64,000 bases of DNA, taken from Flaccisagitta enflata (lineage: Eukaryota). Below, piece by piece: positions 1 to 11,900 of the stretch. Numbering within the stretch: the stretch's first letter is position 1; each line of letters begins with the position of its first letter. Location: assembly GCA_965153355.1 (NCBI GenBank), contig OZ231126.1:15376001-15440000 (forward strand), written 5' to 3'. The notes beneath the pieces were generated by a model. The model made no database searches. It was not told the DNA's origin and saw nothing but the letters and a program-made list of their open reading frames with translations. Position numbers and translations under genes: made by a program.

Positions 1-465
1 TTTGATAAACTTGATATTTGACATATAGGTTGCCTAATTGATGCATGTGTCCCTGAGTTTTTGGGTTGCTATGGAATCCAAAATCATTTTTTCGAGCATT
101 TATAACTGCTAAAATATCTATATTTTGAAAGATACGATTAGGCTACATTGCTCAGAATTAAATTTGCCACAACTTTCCCACAATATGTTCTGTAAGAATA
201 TTGCTCGTTTGGCCGTTGCTAGGGAGCATCATTTGCTGGTTGCTATGTGTGATGCTCCCTAGCAACGGCCAAACTAGCAATATTCTTACAGAACATACTG
301 TGGGAAAGTTGTTATATATTTAGTTTTGAGCAATGTTCCCTCAATATATTTGTGAAAACATTATTTCCGCAGTTGTGACTAAAAAAAAATTGAAAAAAAA
401 AAATTGAAATTGAGACACTTAAATACCTTCCTCCAGTTTAAGCTGTTATACCACGAACCCCACTG
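1..465. mobile_element. Palindromic MITE (Tc1/mariner-like end) in a P4HA intron; left end at or beyond the window edge
   Basis: Long internal inverted repeat centred near 240 (ttgctagggagcatc / gatgctccctagcaa); right end ...ccccactg followed by TA; core shared with the MITEs at 6806 and 14174. Confidence 0.7.
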
Positions 466-507
466 TATCTGTAGGTCAAATTTCGTCTGTCATTGGTCAT
501 CATATTA

Positions 508-2229
<1,722 letters not shown>

Positions 2230-2529
2230 TTTGATCGGTTTGTTTTTTGATCTGCTCAAAGTTCCTTCATTCGATTGATTTTATCACAGTTAGGAAGAGA
2301 GGCCGCGTTGTAGTTAAAAGTCGATGTTTTTTCATCGCCTTAAAGCAAAACTCATTTGCAATTGGGGAGCCTCTTGCAGCCGAGAGTTATGCTCGTGTAA
2401 GAACGTAATGCTGCCGGTGACTCTTTCATTATTCGTTTAACTGGGGCTCGCCCCAGATTCTTGGGCCAGCTCCTTTACGAACCGGGGCCGAATCCCGATT
2501 CGTTACGGTTCTCTTCTATAATTAGTCGG

Positions 2530-2750
2530 GCCTGGATTGGGGTTGCAACCAATGACGTTAGGGAACTGGCCCCTCCTGGATTCGGTGTGTAGGCCCTGGC
2601 GGCATCAAAAAGAACTAACAAAGAAAGAAAAAAAGAGCAAAAATCGTCTTTGTCTGCTGCGTATCGGCAACAAAAATAAAGTGACATGGAACGCAGTATC
2701 GTTGCATATAGGTGGACAGGAGCAGGCCGGGCGCCACCCCCCCCCCCTTA
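2530..2750 (-). promoter_or_regulatory. Putative P4HA proximal promoter
   Basis: CpG-richer patch 300-500 bp upstream of the ATG with ATTGG (2536-2540), CCAAT overlapping TGACGT (2549-2558) and a GC-rich box near 2725-2750. Motif-only evidence. Confidence 0.35.
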
Positions 2751-5566
2751 CCCTTAAAACCAGCGATGGCAACGCGATGCTTTTCAGACCGATAACGATT
2801 CCGCGCACGATACCGCATGAGCGAGTACAAAAACGCTTACGATTCCACCTATCCTTGATCGCGTACGATAACGATTACGAGTACACAACGAGTACAACTC
2901 AATTTTCTACCCCCTTGCACCTGAAAGCCAATTTCGGTCAAATTGTAAGACAGAAAGAATGAATAAATGAATGAATGAATGAATGAAAAGATAAATGAAT
3001 GAATGAAAGCAAGAAAGACAAAGAAAGAAAGAACGAAAGAAAGAAAGAACGAAAGAATGAAAGAAAGAATGAATGAATGAATGAATGAATGAATGAATGA
3101 ATGAATGAATGAATGAAAGAAAGAAAGAAAGAAAGAAAGGAAGAAAAAAAAATGAAGGTATGAAGTGACGGGTGAAAACTTAAAAAATTGGATGTTTTGC
3201 GCGGTTGTTCATCTGTAGCTATGACGTTCACTATTCTATCTACCACTGCAGAAGCTAAGAAAAAGAAAAGAGATAGTTCAGTTTTTATGTTTCAAAAAGA
3301 GGGAAAAGACTGGGCATTTTACTGGATAAATGTTGTTAGATTAAAACCACAAAGTTATTATAGTAAAGGATGTGAGGGGAACGTGAAAAGATAGTATCCT
3401 TTTTTAAAATTGATAAGTTTTTTAAAATCAATAAGTTTTAAACTCAATCTATGAAGTTAAAATAGCAGATAATGAGATAACTTGTGTGTGGGGACAAAGA
3501 TTTTTTAAGAAAGCAAATGCAAATGAAAACTCTCCCAATGCGGTACTTGAATCAGTTTAGTCCGATAGAACATCCATAAAGCGAACATGTGATAATTTCT
3601 TCTGTCCATGGAAGATGTACAGTTCTATCAATAATCGAATGAAAAAATAAAGGGCAACTAATAGTTCGCCAAGGTGAAGGGATTCTTTCCCACTGTCCAA
3701 TTGATCTCAATGGGTTAGTAGCGTAATCAAAAAAAAAAAAAACCAAGGTAATAAAAACAAGCTGCTGGCCTTTTATCAGGACGACTTCATATTGGCCGTC
3801 AACTACAAAGGATGACTATTGTAACGGTGACAAATCAATCAGGTTTGGTATCCAGATATCGAAATGATGAGCATAGTTGTGGAGAGAAGCAATAAAAATA
3901 ACCAAAATAGGATGATACCCAAAAAAAAGTTGTTTCCATAGAACATGTAGCATGAGAGAATGCTGAGACGAGCTCAAGAGGCAAGAAGGAAGTTGGGATT
4001 ATCAATCTCACAGAAAAATCAAAGATGTCACAAATTTTCAATGACGAATGGTCTCTTCCAGAAATGTGCATTTGGTTCCTTCTCAACTGACCGGCTGCTG
4101 ACGAATATTATCAGAAAAACGATAAATCACTGTAGTCCGAAAAGTTGTGGCCTTTAAATAGAATTTTGCGCGGTTTCCCAGCTATGAATAACAATTGACT
4201 CCTCTTCTGGACGTTTTACAAAAGCGAAAATAATGATGAGCCTATGTTTTTCTTTGCGAGGTATAAATTACAGGAGGTTCATTGACTTTCTCTCTTTCAC
4301 AGGGAATCATTCCTTTCCCAGCGTAGGTGTCATAGTAACTCATCAATGACAATGCACGCTAAGGATCTTAGTGTGCATTACACGCTAAGGATCTTAGCGT
4401 GCAATGCACGCTAGGATGATACCCAAAAAAAGTTGTTTCCATAGAACATATAGCATGAGAGTATGGAAAGGCAATCCAAATTGAAAATGCCGTCGGAATA
4501 TGCAGTAAAAGAATCGTCAACTGACAGAAATCAAATTCCAACATTGACAGAAGATATTAACGCGATTGGCGACGCTGAATCGAAAGGGGGAAGCGAACAT
4601 CAGTGAAAAGAATGTTGGAGGAGGAAGTGAGAAACGCATTGGAAAAAGTGGCTGTTTATAACGCGGAGATGAACAAATCAAAGTTGGAATAAAAAGAAAG
4701 GGATGTAATATTTCAGGCTTGAGGGAAAGAAATTAGATGAGCGGGCACGTCTTACATCCAAAAACACGGCGCAAAAAAAAAAGCCACAAACGCAAACCAA
4801 TAGATATTAGCCATATACTAGTAAGTTCCTCTCGTCTTTTTTGTATCACACCACTTGTCACGTAAGGAAAAAAGGTAAAAAAAGATCCATTAAATTAAGG
4901 TTGCCGTAGATCAATTTAAATGTAAAATGGCGTATTAACAACACGGATTGATTAAGAAATGTTGCTTGGGATATCACTTGTACACATGACACATCCACTA
5001 TTCCATACCAACATAAAATTATGATAGAAATACTTTTTTTTCTGGAAAGGCAACAAACGATGGAGGAAAATAATAGAATTCTAGAGAACGAGATGATGGC
5101 ATCACCGACTCATAGACCGTGGACTGCCGGCTTTAACAAATTCAATCCGCGACTACCATTTTTCTTTTCCGCGATAATACGGAATTCCCACGCATAGAAT
5201 AGAAAACAGGGGCACGGACACCTAACCGACATATACGAACAACTCAACAACGATCCGGAAACGTCGGATGCTTCGCTTCTGTTTCAACTCGCGAGAGCGA
5301 CGTACAAGCTCGGTAAATGAAACTAAAACAGGCGAGGAAGATGAATTAAAGAGCGAAATAGCCGTCGGTGCAGACAAACAGACGTATAATGAAAAAGAGT
5401 TATGGCCATAAGAGCGGCAAAAAGATTTGATGACTGATCATGAAATCCATCATCGAAAACAGGGTTGGAAAGAAAACTCGGAAGGAAAGACATTTAATGG
5501 CTAGCAAACTCAAAAAAGGAAGAACGGCGCGTAGAAATAATACCAAAACCGTTCTATGTTTACCCA

Positions 5567-5901
5567 TCACGGATTACCCTGGTTGGCCATGTTACCATTG
5601 TTGGCCTGAATAGCCGCATTGGCCATCATGGCCTGATTGGCCTGATTAGCCGCATTGGCCTGAAGAGCCGCATTGGCCATCATGGCCTGATTGGCCTGAT
5701 GAGCCTGATTGGCCTGGAGAGCCGCATTGGCCTGGAGAGCCGCATTGGCCTGGAGAGCCGCATTGGCCTGGAGAGGTTGATTCCCAGGGCCTTGTTGCTG
5801 TTGAACGACATTTTGGGGTCCAATGGGCAGCTGACCTTGTTGGTTTGCATTTACACCTGGCGGGGGTGGATGAGGAGCAGCAACGTTTCCATCTTGGCCT
5901 C
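5567..5901 (-). CDS. Terminal exon encoding a P/Q/N/A-rich low-complexity tail
   Basis: Pyrimidine tract ...ctactgtttcctaag|GA GGC CAA; open for 110 codons to TGA at 5569-5567. GQDGNVAAPHPPPPGVNANQQGQLPIGPQNVVQQQQGPGNQP(LQANAA)3LQANQAHQANQAMMANAALQANAANQANQAMMANAAIQANNGNMANQGNP*. Possible ATTAAA poly(A) signal at 5498-5493. Confidence 0.82.
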
Positions 5902-8900
5902 CTTAGGAAACAGTAGAATAGAGGAGAAACAAGATAGCGTGAGGCAAGGACAGAAATAAAACTAGGCCAGTTAAGGTCAATAAGTAGTCGCTTTAAGGTG
6001 GGCAGAGGCAGTAATGTAGGTGGTATGCTGATTTGTGCTGGACAGGTGCAGTGATCTCAGGAAATCTTTATGGAGTAAATTTTTTTTTTCAAAATCAGAG
6101 ATGCCGATTTTGCTGAGCTGCCGCATAGCAAGGGAAATTTAGATTAAAGAAATATTCGACACTAGCATAGCAAGGGAAATTTAGATTAAAGAAATATTCG
6201 ACACTGAGAACTACTTCATTTTTGTTGTAAGAATATTGATAGGTGTGTATAAAACTTTTAACTGCAATATACAAATGAGTATTTCATCCACCGAGAGAAG
6301 CGAAGTGGCAAACAGTATTGCGAAATCGAAAATCTGGCATTCGGCACATCCCTCTCTTTGATTCCCCCTCAACCTCCCCCCCCCCCCCCTCGCATGGCCG
6401 TGACCCTGGCCACATCTACCGCACTTTGGCGCTTGCCTGCCGCGTTGCAATTCTACCATGTAACACAGATTCGGCACCTCTGTGCAAAGAATGTCCTTAC
6501 AATCATCGGCCTTTGCCGCACCTAAAAAGTATCTAAAAAGCTTGTTTTACCTCATTTCGACTCAATCATTACCGAAGGACCAACGGACTAACAGAGTCCA
6601 GAAATGTGTAAAAAGCATTATAGAATTTCATCCACCTGTCACAAGACCAATTAAAAGGTGGGGAATGAGCTCAGTCCATCAAAAATTTTCTCTGGTCAAT
6701 ATTTGGGGGGCTACTGGTGCATATCTCAGAAAAAAAGGCTATGTGAGGTCAAAAATTCAAAATTGAAAAATCTGATGGCATATTCAGATTCCTTAAAAAA
6801 AAGTACAGCAGATGTTGTCTAGACTTGGAAATATGGGGGAATTCATTAAAAGAAAACAAATAAACATAAATCCCTGATATTTGGAATGTAAATAAAAAAA
6901 GGATGCATTATTGCCCATGGATGTTGGTTGCCATGGAAACACGTTTCCATGTATTTACGCTCAAGTATCAACATATTGAGAAATTTTTTGAGGGAACATT
7001 GTTTGAAATAAAATTTGCTAAGACTTTCCCACAATATGTTCTGTAAGAATATCGCTCATTTGGCGGTTGCTAGGGAGCATCACAGGGCTGTCACGCATAG
7101 TTACGCTCCCTAGCAACAGCTAAACCAGCAATATTCTTACAGGACATATTGTGAGAAAGTTGAAACAAATTTTATCTTAAACAATGTTCCCTTAAAAAAA
7201 TTTTCAAAATATTAATACTTTAGTGTGAATACATGGAAATGTGTTTCCATGGCAACCAACACCCACGGACAATAAACTATCCTTTTATTAGCCTAAATTC
7301 CAAATATCAGTTTCTTATGTGTATTTGTCTGTCTGTAGCGAATTCCCGCGTATTTCCAAGTCTAGATGACATCTATTGTGTCATAAGAATGTGTCTTTCA
7401 TTTTTTAGTTGCGGACACGCAACTCTATAAGAGGCTTTGTCCATCCATCCGTCCGTCCGTCCGTTGGTCCGTCGGTCTGTCAGTCCGTCATGGTGATCGA
7501 GTTGAAGATGAGCGTTTTCGATACTTTTTGTGTATGTTTGAGTGTTGGAGGTGGGTTGGGGTGTGGAAGGGGGATGAATGCCCCTGCCCACCCGTCCGCA
7601 ACGATATTGTGACCCCGGGACACTTGTTGATATTCCAACTAGAACATAGTCCAATTGGATGTCAAAGGTCATAATCGGGTTAAATTTGCTCTTCTTTTAA
7701 AATCCGGTTTATTTCAATGTTTGATGATTTTGACTATGTTCCAGATGGAATATCAAAAAAAGAAAGATACTTTCCATTAGCAGTTTTTAGTCGCGGACTA
7801 GCGACTATAAGAGGCTTTGTCCGTCTGTCCGTCGGTTGGTTGGTTGGTCGGTTGGTTGGTCGGTCCATCATGCTTGAGTAGAAAAGTGGGAAAACACGCA
7901 TTTCCGCCCCTGCCCACCCGTCCGCGACTGGTATTGGCCGTGTATCCGGCCTTGTTTACAAGGATTCTGATTCTGCAATCAGATTCTCTAATTTCCCATC
8001 TTGAAATTTTGACCTTATATAGCCCTTTGACCGGAGATAAGGATCGGTAGCGTCCTAAATATTGACCAGAGAAAATTTTTGATAGACTGAGCTCATTCCC
8101 TACCCTTTAATTGGTGGATGAAATTCTATCACACTTTTTACATATTTCAGTTTCAGTTTCAGTTTTTTTTTTGCTTCCCGTCGTCGACTCCTTGCAATCA
8201 TTACGTCACGTATGCATACGCCTATTGAGGTCCACCTATGCAATCTGCAATTTGCGCTCGTCCATATTACTCTCAATGAGATCTCCTGATTGCTTTTGCC
8301 AATTTTGAATTGGCCACGACGTAAATACCCTGGTAGTTTATAGTCTTTTGAATTGAAACGTGAATTAACTGTGATGTCATTGAAACTGTGAAATTGATAT
8401 TTATGCATTTGATTGAATCGTAACAAAGAGATCGCCCGGATCTATAATATGTTACCTCTTTACCCTCTTTGCAGATTTCTGGACCCTGTTTACCAACGGA
8501 TGGACAGATGGATGGACGAACCGACGGACAAGGCCTTATGTTTGCTTGCTTCATATAACGTCTTTGCAATGTATTCAAAGCCTGAGAGGGCAGAATTCAA
8601 GCCTGAGAGGGCAGAATTCAGGCCTGAGAGGGCAGATTTCAGGCCTGCGAGGACCTGGGGGGGTGGACGGATGGATGGACGGACGAACAAAAGTCCCATG
8701 TGTTCTACAGGACTTTGTCCCCTTCAGGGCTGCTGCCCTGCCTCTCAATCAGATTTACAACCATGCAAAGCAAAGCAACGGGTATCGCTGACCACGTATT
8801 GCCCTTAAGGGACCTGTTTCTTTTTTGGCGTTTTAGAATTTTGTGAGCATACGGCTCCTGCCCAGATGCTCTAGTGACCTTCCCCAGCACTGCTCCTGCC

Positions 8901-11900
8901 CACCCGCACAAGACTAGGGTAGCCGTGTATCTGGCCTTGTTTATTAGAACTTCAAGTTTCCCACAGAGTTCAATGGGGATGCAAATTTCGTTGCTAAAGA
9001 GACTAACAATTGCCAAAAAAAATTACCTATTAAACAAAAGTCATCCACAAAGCAAAGACGAAAATGTCGTGGGTGTTGTCAGTTGCACTGAAGAACGGCT
9101 TAAATGTGCACAGGGAGAGGTTCATGGTGTTACAAAAAACTGAAGCCTGACAGTATCCCCCACAGTGTATGCAAATTAGTCTCTCCATCTTAGGTAAGCA
9201 TGAACAGAAGAAATTCCAAACTTTTGCTATGTGAAGCGCCCAAGCCTTATGTAGAGTTGCATGCCCACAACCAAAAGCTATTAAAACACATAACTCAAGA
9301 AAGAATCAAAATATGATTCCGTAGCAACCATTCATGACAGAAAAAAAAAACAAAAGCATTTACCCATGATAAGATTAATGCCTCCTTTTAAGTCTTGAAA
9401 GACTATATTCTGAGCATGATCATGGATGTGGATCGGGTCGTCCTCTTTCAAATGATGTGGTTGAATGTTAGTTTCAATGAAGTGGATCCCATTTGACTGA
9501 CAGAACGCGGCCAATTTGACATTGAAGGGTTGAACATTCTTCCACAAAATGGGTATAACTTCATAGACGCCCATTTTTGAACCGCTTTTTCTCACTAATC
9601 AAGTTGCATGGTTTACTCTACTGAGTAGAACTGCTATCATTTGACCTGACTCTCGTAATCAAACCCTATTAGCTATTACCCAATCCTCCCTCAAAAACAA
9701 ATTAAAAAATGCTTTACAACCCCACGGACCTAACAACTTGATGCTTTTTGGTTGCGGACACGCAACTCTATAGGAGCCTGTGTCCATCTGTTGGTCTATT
9801 GGTCTGTTTGTTGGTCTGTTTGTTGGTCTGTTGGTCAATCCATCCGTCCATATAGCACGAGTAGAAGTGAAAAAAAAGTGTTTTTACATGCTTTATGGGT
9901 GTTTGTGGGTGGGGGAGGTCATGGGTAGTGGATGATGGTTGGATACCCCTGCCCACCTATCCCAAACGAGATTGTGACCCTGAATCAACAACCCTCACCC
10001 CTTTGAAAAAATCTATCATTCCTTTTTAGTTGCGGACACGTAACTCTATAAGAGGCTTTGTCCATCCGTCCGTCCGTCCGTCGGTCGGTCCGTCGGTCGG
10101 TCCGTTGGTCCGTCACGCTCGAGTTGAAAACGCAAGAAACACGCATTTACAATGCTGCAGTTGTCATTGAATGTGTGTGGGTGTATGTCAGTGTGTGGGA
10201 AGCGGGCTTGGGTGAGGCTGGGGGTTGGCTGCCCCTGCCCACCCGTCCGCAACGATATTGTGACCCCGCGTCACTTGTTTTGTTCTATTACGCAAATTAA
10301 TAGAAAAGACGCACTTTAAAATAACAACTTATCATATTCAATTTCAAAATAATAAAGTAAAATCTTGGACCTTTTTAAAACTCATAACGAGATCTTCCAC
10401 TTGGCTTCAATCTGGTATTCCTAGCTTTCTTAGTTAAAAAAAGGCATACAAAAGATTACAAACATTGCCATTTTCAGATTTGCAATTGACTTACAGACCT
10501 GGGATTGGTTTAGAATGAAAGGAAATTCAAAAATCTTGAAAGAGTATGGGTCTGCGACTGGGGTTGAATGGCGTGGTCGAATGGCATGGTCGAATGGCGT
10601 GGTCGAATGGCGTGGTCGAACGGCGTGGTCAAACGGCGTGGTCAAACAGCGTGGTCAAACGGCGTGGTCAAACGGCGTGGTCAAACGGCGTGGTCAAACG
10701 GCGTGGTCAAACGGCGTGGTCAAATGGCGTGGTCAAACGGCGTGATCAAACGGTGTGGTCAAACGGCGTGGTCAAATGGCGTGGTCAAATGGCGTTGTCA
10801 AACGGCGTTGTCAAACGGCGTTGTCAAACGGCGTTGTCAAACGGTGTTGTCAAACGGCGTTGTCAATTGGCATTTTTAAACGGCATTCTCAAATGGCATT
10901 TTCAAACAGCATTCTCAAACTGCATATGTTGAGTTGTTTCACTTTGAGTCTCCATAGCAAGTTTTAACCACATCGGTGGAAGACTGCCAAAATTATGCAA
11001 GTTTTTTTTCACTCTTAAGGTGGTAGGGTGGTTGGGTAGTAAACTGGTTTTGCCAGTTAGCATGCTAAAATTGTGTTAAATCACAGACAAACATCAAGTT
11101 GTTTCATTTTGAGTCTACATATCATGTTTTAGCCAAATTGCGTAAAAATTGTTCAAGTTATGCACATTTATAACTTTTAGGGTGATAGGCTGGTTGGGTG
11201 GTAGGTTGGTTGGCATTCGAAAATCTTTATAAATCAAATTCATATGTTGAATCCTTCCATTTAGGGACTAAACACAAAATTTCAACCAAATTGGTTGAAA
11301 AATGCCAAAGTTGCAAATGCCAAATGCCAGTCTTTCACTTTTAGGCTGGTAGGTTAGTTGGGTGGTAGGTCGGTTTGGCTGGTTAACATGCTAAAATCTT
11401 TATAAATCAAATACATATGTTGAGTCCTTCCATTTTGAGACTACATACCAAATTTCAACCAAATCATTTGAAAAATGCCGAAGTTATGCACGTTTTTACT
11501 TTTAGGCTGTTAGGCTGGTTGGGTGGTGGGCTGGTTTGGCCGGTTAGCATGCTAAAACCTTTGCAATTTAAATACATATGTTGAGCCCTTCCATTTAGAG
11601 ACTACATACTAAGTTTCAACCAAATTGGTTGAAAAATGCTGAAGTTATATACATTTTTCACTTTCAGGCTGGTAGGCTGGAAGGTTGGTTGGGCCGGTTG
11701 GGCCAGATCATAACATACGCATAGGATGTAAAGTAGCTTACCCCAGTACAACTTCCCTCCAAATATAAAGCAAATTGGTCAAGGGGTTCAAGAGTTAGCC
11801 CATTTTTAAAAGTGTGGACGACGACGACAACGACAATGACACCCACCCGCCTCGAATTATAGTCCGCATTGGAATAGTACTCCGTCGCGTAAAAAAATCT

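Noticed and set aside
427-468. Apparent next P4HA exon (ctacag|ATACAGTGGG...GGAAG|gtattt)
   Set aside because: In-frame TAA after RYSGVRGITA, no P4HA-like motif, and it overlaps the MITE terminus.
3960-4610. Short plus-strand ORFs and splice-like sites between the two genes
   Set aside because: No recognisable domain and no consistent exon chain could be built.
5699-5959. Plus-strand ORF (IGLESR)n, and a collagen reading of the repeat
   Set aside because: It is the antisense of the Q/N/A exon, which has an acceptor and a stop; there is no sustained Gly-X-Y periodicity.
6123-6205. 41-bp direct repeat in tandem (and a similar ~39-bp one near 28618-28692)
   Set aside because: Ordinary slippage-type duplications with no further structure.
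9132-9189. Alternative terminal exon for the SGNH-like gene (cctaag|AT GGA GAG...DGETNLHTLWGILSGFSFL*)
   Set aside because: Phase-compatible but short and with no independent support; cannot be told from chance without RNA data.
10562-10925. CRISPR-like array or repeat-protein ORFs
   Set aside because: Contiguous 13-bp units with no spacers, eukaryotic context, no cas genes.
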